Source of the DNA: Candidatus Eiseniibacteriota bacterium
GTDB lineage: Bacteria; Eisenbacteria; RBG-16-71-46; CAIMUX01; VGJL01
DNA: 64,000 bases
Reading direction: 5' to 3'
Assembly (NCBI GenBank): GCA_016867495.1
Contig: VGJL01000001.1
Coordinates: 7,421 to 71,420, forward strand
The notes under the pieces were generated by a model. That model had not been told where the DNA came from, made no database searches, and saw only the letters and a list, made by a program, of their open reading frames with translations. Shown here one piece after another: positions 53,119-63,402 of this stretch. Each line of letters starts with the position of its first letter. Positions within the stretch are counted from its first letter, which is position 1. A program made the position numbers and the translations under genes.

Positions 53119-54450
53119 ATGAGGGGAGCGTACCGGCGATCGGCGCTACGGGGCCTGCTGCTTCTCGCCCTCTGTCTTGCGCCAGGCCTGCGAGCCCACG
53201 GGGATGGAGCGGCTTTCCCCCGCCCAGCGGAACTGGAGGAGCACGTCCAGTTCTGGATCGAGGTCTTCACCGAGCACGATGGCGACTGGACCGTCATTCA
53301 CGACGAGGACGATCCGCGCATCCGCTATGAGACGGTCGGCACCGCCGGCCTGAACGAGCGAGCCCGGCGGGATCTGGTCCGCGAGCGACGGGTCCACTAC
53401 ATCAAGACCCTCGAGAGTCTCTCCATGAAACCGAAGGAGCGCTGGAGCGACGAGCAGAAACGCGTGGCGGCCCTCTTCCCCACCGGCTCGGGAGTCAGCC
53501 GATTCATCGACGCGGCCGGCAAGGTCCGCTCCCAGCGCGGAATCCGGGACCAGTTCCGGGCCTCGCTCGTTCGATCCGGACGCTGGAAAGAGACAATAGA
53601 AGGGATTCTGGCCGCCTACGGCATCCCGGAGGAGATCGCCGCCCTTCCGCACATCGAGTCCAGCTACCGCCCCGACGCGCTCTCGAAGGCGGGCGCCGTC
53701 GGAGTCTGGCAGTTCACATCGGGCACGGGCAAGCGGTTCCTGCGCATCGATCGCTACGTCGATGAACGGCGAGACGTCTACCTCAGCACGCACGCCGCGG
53801 CCCGATACCTCAAAGAAGCGCACGAGAAGATCGGCTCATGGCCTCTCACGATCACGAGCTACAACCATGGCGTGAACGGGATCCTGCGCGCGCAACGGGA
53901 GCTGGGCACGAGCGACCTCGTCCGACTCATCCGGGAGTACGACGGACCCTACTTCGGCTTCTCCTCGAAGAACTTCTATGCCGAGTTTCTCGCGGCCCTC
54001 GAAGTGACCGGAAACGTCCCTTCCTACTTCGGGGCGCTCGAGTCCGATTCGCTCGAGCGGGTCGAGCGCTTCGTCCTGCCCGAGGCGGCCCGCGTCGATG
54101 CCATCGCCAAGGCGTTCCGCACGACGACCGAGGAGTTCTGCAGACTGAATCCGGCCCTTCTCGACCCCGTCGTCGAAGGGCGCCTGCCGGCGCCGGCCGG
54201 CAGCGTCCTCAACGTGCCCGCCGGACGCGTCGAGGACCTCGCGGCGGCCTTCGATTCGATTCCCGCAGCCGCGAGGCGCGGGGGCGCCGACCCTGGCGAG
54301 GAGTACCGCGTTCGCGCCGGAGATACGCTGGGGAGCATCGCGCGGCGCCACGGCGTGAGCGTCGCCGATCTCCAGGAGATCAACGGCATGGGGCGCTCGA
54401 CTCAGATCAAGACCGGCCAGAGGCTCCTGATTCCCGACGGTCTGAACTAG
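53119..54450 (+). CDS. membrane-bound lytic murein transglycosylase D-like (SLT domain + C-terminal LysM)
   Basis: A signal peptide follows the ATG at 53119 (RBS AGGAGAGGAGGG). The SLT active region reads [25 protein letters not shown]. The C-terminal LysM reads [29 protein letters not shown]. The six-frame ORF is 5'-extended to 52396. Confidence 0.8.
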   Translation: MRGAYRRSALRGLLLLALCLAPGLRAHGDGAAFPRPAELEEHVQFWIEVFTEHDGDWTVIHDEDDPRIRYETVGTAGLNERARRDLVRERRVHYIKTLESLSMKPKERWSDEQKRVAALFPTGSGVSRFIDAAGKVRSQRGIRDQFRASLVRSGRWKETIEGILAAYGIPEEIAALPHIESSYRPDALSKAGAVGVWQFTSGTGKRFLRIDRYVDERRDVYLSTHAAARYLKEAHEKIGSWPLTITSYNHGVNGILRAQRELGTSDLVRLIREYDGPYFGFSSKNFYAEFLAALEVTGNVPSYFGALESDSLERVERFVLPEAARVDAIAKAFRTTTEEFCRLNPALLDPVVEGRLPAPAGSVLNVPAGRVEDLAAAFDSIPAAARRGGADPGEEYRVRAGDTLGSIARRHGVSVADLQEINGMGRSTQIKTGQRLLIPDGLN

Positions 54451-54608
54451 GGCCCCGCTCCCGCCGCGGCCGCGATCAGCCGCTGACGTCCCCCGCTCAC
54501 GAGGTTCAGTCCCTGCGCCGGCATCCGCGCTTCTTGACACGGGCGACCCGCCTTCGGGATGCTCGCCCTGTTTCACATCCATACTCATCGGACAGCAAGG
54601 AGGTCGGC

Positions 54609-56048
54609 GTGGGCATCGAAGGGATCACCCCGCGGAGTCAGGATTTCTCACGGTGGTATCAAGATCTCGTCCAGAAGGCGGAGCTTGCGGATCACTCCCC
54701 GGTTCGCGGGTGCATGGTCATCCGGCCGAACGGCTACGCGATTTGGGAGAAGATCCAGGCTGGACTGGATCGCCTCATCAAGGAGACCGGCCACCAGAAC
54801 GCCTACTTCCCCCTGCTCATTCCGGAGAGCTTCATTCACCGGGAGGCGGAGCACATCGAGGGCTTCGCCCCTGAGCTGGCGGTCGTCACGCACGCGGGAG
54901 GGGAGAAGCTCGAGGAGCCGCTGGTCCTGCGCCCCACATCCGAGACGATCATCTACAGCATGTTCGCCAAGTGGGTGCAGTCGTACCGCGATCTTCCGCT
55001 CCTGATCAACCAGTGGGCCAATGTGATCCGCTGGGAGCTGCGAACGCGCCTCTTCTTGCGGACGACGGAGTTTCTCTGGCAGGAGGGGCACACCGCCCAC
55101 GCCACGGAGGAGGAGGCGGAAGAGGAGACGCTGCGGATGCTCGGGGTCTACCGCACCTTCGCCGAGGAGCACATGGCCCTTCCTGTCTTTGCCGGGAGAA
55201 AGACGGAGGCGGAGAAGTTCGCGGGGGCGAAGCACACCTACTCGATCGAGGCCATGATGCAGGACGGCAAGGCGCTGCAGGCCGGGACCTCCCACAACCT
55301 GGGCCAGAACTTCGCGAAGACATTCCAACTCCAGTACCAGACCCTCGACAACCGGATGGACTTCTGCTGGAACACCTCTTGGGGCGTCTCGACGCGGCTC
55401 GTCGGCGCTCTGATCATGGGGCACTCGGACGACAACGGGCTGATCCTTCCGCCGCGCCTGGCCCCTCTCTCCGCCGTCATCGTCCCGATCTGGAAGTCCC
55501 CCGAGGAGCGGACCAGCGTCTCGGCTTTCGCATCCGAGATCGGAGAGAGCCTGCGCGCCGCCGGGCACTCCCTGCGGGTTGATCTGCGCGATCAGCTCAC
55601 CCCGGGCTGGAAGTACGCAGACTGGGAGCTCAAGGGAGTTCCGGTCCGGATCGAGGTCGGGCCGAGGGACCTAGCCAAGAACCAGGCGGTGCTCGTCCGG
55701 CGCGACAACCGCGCCAAGCAGTTCGTCCCCCGGGAAGGGATCGCGGCCGCCTTGAAGGAGACCTTGGAGACCATGCAGCGAGACCTCTTCGCGAAGGCCC
55801 TCGCCTTCCGCGATTCTCGCACGCGCCCCCTGGAGGACTACGACGCGTTTCGCGCGTACATGGAGGCCGACATGGGCTTCGCGACCGCGCACTGGTGCGG
55901 AGCGGCGAGCTGCGAGAGCAAGGTCAAAGAGGAAACCAAGGCCACGATCCGAACCGTTCCGGAAGGAGACTACCTTCGCGAGAAGGGCCGATGCATCGTC
56001 TGCGGGGACTCCTCCGATCGCCGCGTGATCTGGGGCAAGGCCTACTGA
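54609..56048 (+). CDS. proS: proline--tRNA ligase, archaeal/eukaryotic-type (no editing insertion, C-terminal Zn-binding domain ending in Tyr)
   Basis: Class II aaRS motifs and the ProRS N-terminus ([15 protein letters not shown]) are present. The C-terminus reads CIVCG...WGKAY. A GTG start at 54609 lies 5 nt after AAGGAGG. The six-frame ORF is 5'-extended to 53838. Confidence 0.9.
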   Translation: MGIEGITPRSQDFSRWYQDLVQKAELADHSPVRGCMVIRPNGYAIWEKIQAGLDRLIKETGHQNAYFPLLIPESFIHREAEHIEGFAPELAVVTHAGGEKLEEPLVLRPTSETIIYSMFAKWVQSYRDLPLLINQWANVIRWELRTRLFLRTTEFLWQEGHTAHATEEEAEEETLRMLGVYRTFAEEHMALPVFAGRKTEAEKFAGAKHTYSIEAMMQDGKALQAGTSHNLGQNFAKTFQLQYQTLDNRMDFCWNTSWGVSTRLVGALIMGHSDDNGLILPPRLAPLSAVIVPIWKSPEERTSVSAFASEIGESLRAAGHSLRVDLRDQLTPGWKYADWELKGVPVRIEVGPRDLAKNQAVLVRRDNRAKQFVPREGIAAALKETLETMQRDLFAKALAFRDSRTRPLEDYDAFRAYMEADMGFATAHWCGAASCESKVKEETKATIRTVPEGDYLREKGRCIVCGDSSDRRVIWGKAY

Positions 56049-56121
56049 GCCGCGTCCGGTACCGGTCGATGCAAGGCGCGGGCGGGGCGGCAGGAGGCCC
56101 CGCCGGAGTAGAGCCGGCGGC

Positions 56122-58233
56122 CTAGGGCGCCAGCCATACCCGCCGCACGCTCTCGTTGCCGGCGGCATCGACGGCGCGGGCGGCTACCCAGCCTGCGTCC
56201 TCTTCCCTTTCCAGACCGACTTCCGCCCGGAAGCGCTCCTCGCGCGAGTCGAAGAAACCGTCCTGGGCCGACGCCGGCCGCCACGCCTTGCCCGCCAGGG
56301 AGATCTCCACCCGCACGATGGGAGAGGCCTCATCCTGAGCGGCGCCCTCGACCACGATCCGCATCGGCCCCTCGGCGCGGACCTTGAGGTCGACCAGCTC
56401 GGGAGGCCGGTGGTCGACGCGAAACGGCCCCGCGATCCGCTCCGTCCGCATCGATTCGCCCGGAGGATTGGACGGGGCGTCGCTGGCGGCCACGAGGATC
56501 TCGTATCGGCCGTCGGGAAGCGTCCGCGTGTCGAGCGCGTAGGAGGTCGCCGGGTGGTCGCGGGCGAGCACCCTGAAGCGCTCTTCCCCTGACTGTCGTA
56601 TCGCGATCTCGAAGCTCATCTCGTCGCCGTTGGGATCACTCGCCTCCCAGATGATCGAGCGGACAGTCCTCACCCACTCCGGGGCCTCCGGTGCCGGATC
56701 GGGGGGGGGCGCCGCCGGATCCCTCTGGAACTGCACCCTCACGCCGCCCCCGAGGTCCTGGATGTAACCCGCATCAGCCCCTCCTGCGGCCCCCGGCGTC
56801 ACATCATCCGGCGAGAGCCGCAGCGATCCCAGCCTCGGGGCGAGGTTCGCCTCGCTGTAGGGGATGGAGATCGCCCGCAGGCGCGCGGATCCTCCCGGAC
56901 CATGCCCGACGAGCCTCGCCTCGCACTGAAGGAAGCGCGCCGCCGGACTTGTGATGAGCGATCCCTCTGGATCTATGAGGGGCTCGCTCCACTCGCTCCA
57001 CGACGAATCCGGATGACTCGTGAAGCCGGAGCGAGTCCTGACTTCCCACTTCCCCGTCCCGTCCAGCACCTGCCAGGATGCCCTTCCCCACGAGACGCTC
57101 CCGCCGGCGTCGACCGGCTCGGGCTGGATCCATGCCTCGTTCCGCGCAGACGGACTGAGCCGATAGACGCGCCCCGGATTCCCGGTGCCGACGTAGAGAT
57201 CACTGCCTTCGGGCAGCAGGGAGAGCACCTGCCCTTCCTCCGGCTTCCAGACGAGGGTCTCCTCTCCTGTCGGCGAGACTCTGTAGATCGCCGCCGTCGA
57301 GCCGGTTCCAACCCAGAGGTCTCCCCCCGGCGCGAGCGCGAGGGCGTGGACGGTCTCTCCGGGCTTCTGCCAGAGGCGACGGGCCACCCCGTTCCCCCCG
57401 ACCGCGAAGAGCACGGCTCCGGTCGGCGTCGCTCCCTCCGCTTGGGGGGATGGCCGCTCCTGCTCGGCCGCGATCGCCCCATTCGCCGCGAAGAAGATCG
57501 TGCCGTCGGCTGCGACCACGATGTCGGAGATCTCCGTTGGAAGAGCGTCGTAGAGCACCCGCGGCGCGCCCGTCGCGGGATCGATCTCGAGAAGCAGGCC
57601 CCGGCCGTCGGTCCCGGCGATCAGCTTCCCCCCGAGAGACCACGCGAGAGCCACGACATGGTCATCCTCCGGGCGGTAGATCACGGACGCTTCGCCGTCC
57701 GGTCGGACTCTGTAGAGAAGCCCCCGCTCTCCCGTCGCGGCATAGAGGTTCCCCTGAGAATCCGGCAGAAGGCTCCAGACGATCCCTTCGGGAGTGTCGA
57801 AGTGCGTTCTGACGCTACCGTCCGCAGCGATCTCGCTGATCGTCCCGTTCGGGGCTCCGGCGGCGAAGAGCCGGCCCTTGACGGCGGCGAGGGCGAAGAC
57901 CTCGTACTCGAAAACGTGGGAGACCTGTCCGGAATCGATCCCCTCGTCGATGCGGAAGACCGATCCTTCGGAGCCGGTTCCCGCCTGAATGGCTCCATCC
58001 GGCCCCCTCAGAAGAGTCCAGACTTGCGTCCCGGCGTTGGCGAGGAGCGCCTTGGAAGCGAGACCGACCCCGACGGAGCCATCTTCACTGACGGCAACCG
58101 CCTCCATCTTCCCCTGCCGGAAGGCCTCGTATCCCTCGATGCGCACGTGGCGGGTACGGGCCGCGTCGCACTGATTCACCGGCGAGGCGATCAGAAGAAG
58201 CCCCGCGCAGACGGCGCCGACCTGTTTCTTCAT
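56122..58233 (-). CDS. secreted beta-propeller repeat protein with C-terminal Ig-like region (hypothetical)
   Basis: A signal peptide (MKKQVGAVCAGLLLIASPVNQ) is present. Repeated G-x-L-Y-x-G-T / ...IYRV... blade-like motifs are seen. The size is 703 aa. Confidence 0.5.
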   Translation of the reverse strand: MKKQVGAVCAGLLLIASPVNQCDAARTRHVRIEGYEAFRQGKMEAVAVSEDGSVGVGLASKALLANAGTQVWTLLRGPDGAIQAGTGSEGSVFRIDEGIDSGQVSHVFEYEVFALAAVKGRLFAAGAPNGTISEIAADGSVRTHFDTPEGIVWSLLPDSQGNLYAATGERGLLYRVRPDGEASVIYRPEDDHVVALAWSLGGKLIAGTDGRGLLLEIDPATGAPRVLYDALPTEISDIVVAADGTIFFAANGAIAAEQERPSPQAEGATPTGAVLFAVGGNGVARRLWQKPGETVHALALAPGGDLWVGTGSTAAIYRVSPTGEETLVWKPEEGQVLSLLPEGSDLYVGTGNPGRVYRLSPSARNEAWIQPEPVDAGGSVSWGRASWQVLDGTGKWEVRTRSGFTSHPDSSWSEWSEPLIDPEGSLITSPAARFLQCEARLVGHGPGGSARLRAISIPYSEANLAPRLGSLRLSPDDVTPGAAGGADAGYIQDLGGGVRVQFQRDPAAPPPDPAPEAPEWVRTVRSIIWEASDPNGDEMSFEIAIRQSGEERFRVLARDHPATSYALDTRTLPDGRYEILVAASDAPSNPPGESMRTERIAGPFRVDHRPPELVDLKVRAEGPMRIVVEGAAQDEASPIVRVEISLAGKAWRPASAQDGFFDSREERFRAEVGLEREEDAGWVAARAVDAAGNESVRRVWLAP

Positions 58234-58250
58234 CGTAGCCCTCCCCTACG

Positions 58251-60083
58251 CTATTCGATTCCGACGCGCACCATCAGGGCGCCCGTCACGACTCCTCCCG
58301 CGTCGATCCTCCTCTCGTCGAGAAGCGGATTCGGCGCGGGCCCCGCGGGCCCTCCTCTGTTGGCCGTGCCGAGAACGGCCAAGACCGAGCCAGGCAAGCG
58401 GCCGAGTTCGCGGTCGCCCAGCGCGGTCCCCTCCCCCTCGCCGTAGACGCGGACTAAGAGATCTCCCTCGTCCGGGAAATCCCGGATCAGTCGCTCGAGC
58501 CCCTCGAGATCCCGCGGTTCGTAGAGCGCAGGCGCGCGGTCGCGGTCCCAATCCGTCAGATCTCTCGCGCCGCCCGCGACGATCAGAAGAGTCTGGCCGG
58601 CCCAGCGTCCCGGCACCGGGAGATCGATCGTCAGCTCGCGCTCGGCTCGCTGGTAGTCCACGAGCCTCGCCACCAACCGGATCCGCTCTCCCGCCTGGAT
58701 CCTCCCCTCGCCAGATCTCAAATCCACGAGGGTCGTCCGCCGCGATCCGGGCCGGTAGGAGAGATCGAAGGCGACAGAATCGATCGAGACCTTCCCAAAG
58801 GGGTTCGCAAGGAGGAGCGGGATGGGGCCGAGAATCGATCCGGCCACGTCGCCGGCCGGCGAGCTCGTGTCGATCCGGTCTCTCCTCGTCAGAGTCCGTC
58901 CGCCGTTGTAGTGGATGGCGATCCTCGCGTCGACGCTCGTCTCTCCCGTCCTCCACCCCTGCTGCAGGAGGGAGTTGGCGGCCACCCAGTTCAAGAGGAA
59001 GGGCTCGAGCATCGTCCCGCGGGCGGTCCGATAGCGGAAGACTTCCCGGCCGGAGGTGCCCTCGATCGCAAGCCGCACAGGCAGCATCGCCGGAGCCTCG
59101 CCGATGACTCCCACGACTCCGGCGCGCAGGTCCTGGCGGATCGCGCCGACGATCGGGCCGGCGCTGCCCATCTTGAAGGAGACGCCGATGGAAGGAACGA
59201 TGGTGTGGATCCTGACCGAAGTCATCGGAAGCTCCACGGGGCCGGCATGGAACAGCGGATGGCCGTAGGCGAGGATCCGGTTCCCTTCCCTGTGCGTGAG
59301 GGTTCCGATGGCCGAGAGAGTGGCGTCGCCGTCGATCAGAACCACACCCAGCGCGGAGCCGGGGCCGAGATCGTTCGGAGGACCGCCGTCCCCGTTCGAG
59401 GCAGCGGCGCCCGGAATCGGCCGAGGCAGCCCCGCCCTCTCCGCGAAGCGTCCCAGCAGAGACTCGGCATCCTCCGTCCATCCGGTGGCGCTGAGGGCGA
59501 CCATCGCCGTCGCCTCCCCGGAGGAGACAGGACTCGGGATCAAGGCATCCCACAGCCCGTCCCCCCAGCGCCGCGCCACGAACGCCTCTTTCAACTCCCC
59601 GTAGAGGCCGCCCATGCCGCCCATCCAACCCCCGGGCGCCTCGTCGGCCCTGTCGAGACCGGCGAGCATCTCCCCGATCGGCGTGATCATCCCGATCGGC
59701 TCCTTGGCGAAGGCGAACGCGAAGGCGATCGCCCCGACGAGCCGGCCGTCAACGTAGACGGGGCTCCCGCTCATCCCCTCCACGACGCCGACATAGGCCA
59801 GGGTGTCCCCCAGCCCGCGGAACAGGATGAGATCGCCTTTGGCGCGGTTGCCCTCCAACACACCCAGGAGTTCGACCGGGAAGGAACGAGGCTCGAGGCC
59901 CGAGAAGACGGTCAGCGCAGTGCCCCGCATGCCTGGACGGATCTCTTCGGGGGCGAGCGTCGCAGGCCCCGCCGCCGACCCCCCGGCGAACACGGCCAGG
60001 GGGAGGATGAGCGCCGCCAGCCCTGATCGGGCGGCCCGCAGACGAGCGATCTGCTTCAAAGACCCTCCATCATCCGCTGCCAT
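58251..60083 (-). CDS. S55 (SpoIVB-like) serine peptidase homolog, secreted
   Basis: A signal peptide follows the ATG at 60083. A GMSGSPVYVDGRLVGAIAF motif (Ser-protease GxSGSP) sits within a PDZ/protease-like region. The six-frame ORF is 5'-extended to 61088 across the divergent glycosyltransferase-like gene. Confidence 0.55.
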   Translation of the reverse strand: MAADDGGSLKQIARLRAARSGLAALILPLAVFAGGSAAGPATLAPEEIRPGMRGTALTVFSGLEPRSFPVELLGVLEGNRAKGDLILFRGLGDTLAYVGVVEGMSGSPVYVDGRLVGAIAFAFAFAKEPIGMITPIGEMLAGLDRADEAPGGWMGGMGGLYGELKEAFVARRWGDGLWDALIPSPVSSGEATAMVALSATGWTEDAESLLGRFAERAGLPRPIPGAAASNGDGGPPNDLGPGSALGVVLIDGDATLSAIGTLTHREGNRILAYGHPLFHAGPVELPMTSVRIHTIVPSIGVSFKMGSAGPIVGAIRQDLRAGVVGVIGEAPAMLPVRLAIEGTSGREVFRYRTARGTMLEPFLLNWVAANSLLQQGWRTGETSVDARIAIHYNGGRTLTRRDRIDTSSPAGDVAGSILGPIPLLLANPFGKVSIDSVAFDLSYRPGSRRTTLVDLRSGEGRIQAGERIRLVARLVDYQRAERELTIDLPVPGRWAGQTLLIVAGGARDLTDWDRDRAPALYEPRDLEGLERLIRDFPDEGDLLVRVYGEGEGTALGDRELGRLPGSVLAVLGTANRGGPAGPAPNPLLDERRIDAGGVVTGALMVRVGIE

Positions 60084-60230
60084 GGCACTCGGGCGAGCGC
60101 TCACGCGCCCGCCCTGGCCGCCGGGGATCGACGGACTTGTGCATTGTAATGATCGGTCGCCGCGGCGGCCATCATCGCTTTTCCCTTGCCCGGCAGAGGG
60201 GAGCGTTCCTAGAATCCGCCCTTCCCGGAG

Positions 60231-61130
60231 GTGCCGATGCGGGTCAGCGGGTTCTCCTTCGTCAGGGATGCCGTCCGGCTCCACTATCCCATCTGCGAGG
60301 CGATTCGATCCGCCCTGCCGCTCGTCGACGAGTTCGTGATCGCCGTGGGCCCCTCGCAGGACGGGACCTTGGAGGCGGTTCGCGCCATCGGAGATCCGCG
60401 CGTCCGCGTTCTCGAAACGAGCTGGGATCCGTCCCACTTTGTTCATGGAAAGATCAACGCGACCCAGACGGACATCGCGATGGATGCCTGCTCGGGCGAT
60501 TGGGGTATCTACCTGCAAGCGGACGAGGTCCTTCACGAGGACGATCTCCCGATCATCCGCGCAGCGATGACTCGATGGCTCGCCGACCCGGCGGTCGAGG
60601 GTCTGCTCCTGCGGTACCTCCACTTCTGGGGCGAGTTCGACCGCTTGCAGTGGACGCGCAACTGGTATCGCCGAGAAGTTCGCGTGGTGCGCCTCGGAAC
60701 AGGCATCCGCTCCTGGAAGAGCGCCCAAGGATTCCGCAGGGAAGGCGACAAGCTGCGCGTACGGGAGACCCAGGCGAGGGTCTTCCACTATGGATGGGTG
60801 CGTCCCCCCGAGGTCATGAAACGCAAGCAGATCGCTCTGGACCGTCTTCACCACGACGAGGCCTGGGTCCGCCGGCGTCATCCCGAGGCCGATGGCCACG
60901 CATTCGACTACGGCCGGCTTGAGCACCTTCGCCACTTTCGGGGCACTCATCCGGCGGTCATGCGCGAGTGGATCGGGCGCAAAGACTGGCGGGCGGAGCA
61001 GTTCAGGAGACCGGGCACGCGTCACGAACACGATCAGATCGGCACGCGGCTGTGGACCTGGATCGAGGATACGATCCTGCGGACGCAACTCGGCGTCTAC
61101 AGGAACTACAGGAAGATCGGGAAGGCCTGA
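60231..61130 (+). CDS. putative glycosyltransferase (GT2-like fold), cytoplasmic
   Basis: The N-terminus (SGFSFVRDAVRLHYPICEAIRSALPLVDEFVIAVGPSQDGTLEAV) resembles the GT-A first beta-alpha-beta with a DxD-like LQADE. The family is not firmly recognised. Confidence 0.4.
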   Translation: MPMRVSGFSFVRDAVRLHYPICEAIRSALPLVDEFVIAVGPSQDGTLEAVRAIGDPRVRVLETSWDPSHFVHGKINATQTDIAMDACSGDWGIYLQADEVLHEDDLPIIRAAMTRWLADPAVEGLLLRYLHFWGEFDRLQWTRNWYRREVRVVRLGTGIRSWKSAQGFRREGDKLRVRETQARVFHYGWVRPPEVMKRKQIALDRLHHDEAWVRRRHPEADGHAFDYGRLEHLRHFRGTHPAVMREWIGRKDWRAEQFRRPGTRHEHDQIGTRLWTWIEDTILRTQLGVYRNYRKIGKA

Positions 61131-61184
61131 AGACCCGCCGGCGTCTGCGCTTTTCTCTCCCCCGCCAATGGGCGGGGATACGGG

Positions 61185-62069
61185 CTAGAAGAGGTAGAAC
61201 CTCAAGCCTATCTGTCCCTGCAGACCCGAAAAGTCCTGTTCGAGCACTCGGCAAGTGGGTTCGACGGCCATGCACTGGCGATACCTCTCGTTCAGGAATC
61301 CCCACAGGAAGGACTCTTCAGGCAAGTCCCGGTTGTTCGGCAGCCTGTCCGCTTCCGGGCCGGTACATCCCGCTTCGTCATCGTTCGAACCGGGATCTCG
61401 CAGCTTCGTGATCGTCCACTCCCCGCTGTCGAAGCTCGCCTTCGCTTGTCTCCACCCCAGTTCGAAGGCGAGGCTGAAGCGGTCCGCTATGGTGTACTCG
61501 CCCGCCAGACCGGCAGCGAACCCTCTGCCGGAGCCTTTCACGGTGAGACCGTCGAGCCGAGGCGAGCCTTCGCTCGTGTTCTCATGGCTGATCTTCGTCA
61601 CCGAGTCCAGTAGGAAGACCGGACCCGCGAAGGCGCGCAGGGACATGTCGTCCGTCGGCCGGTAAGGGATGCGATACATGGCGCGCGGGAAGAGGAGTTT
61701 CGTGCGGGGTTGGACAGAGATCTTCTGGAGAAAGTCGACGCTCGTGCTACCCCAGGTAGTGCCGTAGATGAGGCCAACGCGGATGGACGGCAGGAGATCG
61801 AAGTGGATGTCCCCGCCGACGTTGAAACCGAACCGGATCCTCTCCGGCAGCTCCCAGTCGGCCGTGCCCTCGGCTCCGCGCAATCTCGCGTTGCTCCTGC
61901 CGATGCCATCATTGATGTCACCGAGGTCCAGGCCGTTCAGTCCGCTCCGAATCCCCAGCGAGAGCCTTCCGATCGGGTCTCCCGCCCAAGCGGCGGACGG
62001 CTGCCAGATCAGCATCGCAGCCAGAAGCAGGGCCCCGAACCCCACCCATCCCAGTCCCTTCAACACCAT
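61185..62069 (-). CDS. outer-membrane beta-barrel protein (hypothetical)
   Basis: A signal peptide follows the ATG at 62069 (MVLKGLGWVGFGALLLAAMLIWQPSAAWA). The C-terminus ends in the aromatic residue LRFYLF. The six-frame ORF is 5'-extended to 62258. Confidence 0.55.
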   Translation of the reverse strand: MVLKGLGWVGFGALLLAAMLIWQPSAAWAGDPIGRLSLGIRSGLNGLDLGDINDGIGRSNARLRGAEGTADWELPERIRFGFNVGGDIHFDLLPSIRVGLIYGTTWGSTSVDFLQKISVQPRTKLLFPRAMYRIPYRPTDDMSLRAFAGPVFLLDSVTKISHENTSEGSPRLDGLTVKGSGRGFAAGLAGEYTIADRFSLAFELGWRQAKASFDSGEWTITKLRDPGSNDDEAGCTGPEADRLPNNRDLPEESFLWGFLNERYRQCMAVEPTCRVLEQDFSGLQGQIGLRFYLF

Positions 62070-62273
62070 CGTCGGACCCCTCCCCGCAAGCTCCTTCCCG
62101 AAACTGGCTTCGGCAGAAAAGAAACCGGCGCTCACCCCGACCCAAGCGAGCGCACCGTAACACACGCCTGGGCGGGTGTCAACGCGTCCCGGCTCGGAGG
62201 GCGGGCCTCGGCACACCAGCCGACCGCGTATCCCCGCTGCGGCGCGCGACAGCTCCACCGGCGCGGAGGACTC

Positions 62274-63350
62274 TCACCGAAACATCGCCTTCAGGGTGGA
62301 CCATCGCACGGTTCGGACGGCCACGGGCGTGCAGCCATTCGCTCCCGAGATCGAGAACTCGCCCGACGCCCCCCCGAAGCCGTCGACCACGAGGTAGTAA
62401 CGTCCTGCGATGGCCGCCGTATACTCGAACGCCGACATGTCCGGATAGGCGTCGTCTCCCGCCACACAGGTGAAACGCCCCTCGCCACACTCGGCGAGCA
62501 GATAGACCGAGTCGTCCCAATCCATGACTGTGTCCATCACGACCGAGAGCCTTTCGCCGGACTTCAGATCGGTGAAGTAGACCAGGTCGGGCCCGCTCGC
62601 CGAGTATCCCGTGCAGCTGGACGGATAGAATGGGGAGTAGTCGTTCGACGCCAGCGCCGTCGAGCCGATGATGGAGTAGGTTCCGCATGGGAGGCGGCTA
62701 GCCCCCGCGCAGTCGTCATTCGCCGGAGGAGGAGGCAAGGCATAGTCGCTGAACGAGACGGCGTCGAAGTCTCCTTCCGCTCCGTCGGATCCCACGTAGC
62801 CAAAGGCAACGAGCACCGTGCTTCCAATGTGCTCCCTGACATCCACTCGATGGACCTCCCAGACCCAGCTCGTCCCGCGATTGGCGGATCTGAAGTCCCA
62901 CACGACCGCGCCGTTGATCGCGACCAGCAGGTTGTAGTTCTGATGCGGAGTCGTGCTCCAGTAGACGCTTCCCATCGCGGCGAAGGTCAGTGTCGCTTCA
63001 TCGGGGGCGAGCGTGTGCGCGAAGCTCAGCCACTCCTCCTGCTCGCCGAGCCGATCGTCGTAGGGGCACGCGGCGCAGAACTCCCCCTCGAACGGATCGA
63101 CGGAACTCTGGCGCCACGTGGCAAGGGGATTGGTCTGAGAGATCGACCAGCCTTGAGGAGGCACTCCAGCCTCGAACCCTTCTGTGTACGCAATACCCGC
63201 AAGCGGCGCGGGGCGGTGCCGATTGGGATTGGCCTTCGGCTCCTCGCTCCCACTCCGCGCCTTGACTGTCGCGCTCAGCGAAGCGCAGAGAAAAACACCG
63301 ATGAGGCCGGCCCGCGTGAGGAGACTCGCCGCCGCTCGCGTGGCAGCCAT
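62274..63350 (-). CDS. secreted Cys-rich hypothetical protein
   Basis: A signal peptide follows the ATG at 63350. There are 12 Cys in paired spacing (CAACPYDD, CAGASRLPCG, CTGYS, CGEGRFTC, GCTP). No family was recognised. Confidence 0.4.
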   Translation of the reverse strand: MAATRAAASLLTRAGLIGVFLCASLSATVKARSGSEEPKANPNRHRPAPLAGIAYTEGFEAGVPPQGWSISQTNPLATWRQSSVDPFEGEFCAACPYDDRLGEQEEWLSFAHTLAPDEATLTFAAMGSVYWSTTPHQNYNLLVAINGAVVWDFRSANRGTSWVWEVHRVDVREHIGSTVLVAFGYVGSDGAEGDFDAVSFSDYALPPPPANDDCAGASRLPCGTYSIIGSTALASNDYSPFYPSSCTGYSASGPDLVYFTDLKSGERLSVVMDTVMDWDDSVYLLAECGEGRFTCVAGDDAYPDMSAFEYTAAIAGRYYLVVDGFGGASGEFSISGANGCTPVAVRTVRWSTLKAMFR

Positions 63351-63402
63351 GGTCACGCCGGAATGTCTCGATGCCGCGGTCTTGAGGCAATCGCGCATTG
63401 CG

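Noticed and set aside
54451-54608. Possible leader/attenuator between the MltD-like gene and proS (TTGACA at 54534 followed by an imperfect GC hairpin and TGTTT)
   Set aside because: The hairpin is imperfect. The -10 region is unconvincing. T-box leaders are not expected outside Firmicutes-like lineages. It may simply be a weak terminator of the upstream gene.
58246-59628. 460-aa ORF overlapping the SpoIVB-like gene in a different frame
   Set aside because: It is an R/G/D-rich low-complexity translation. The co-located frame has protease motifs and a signal peptide.
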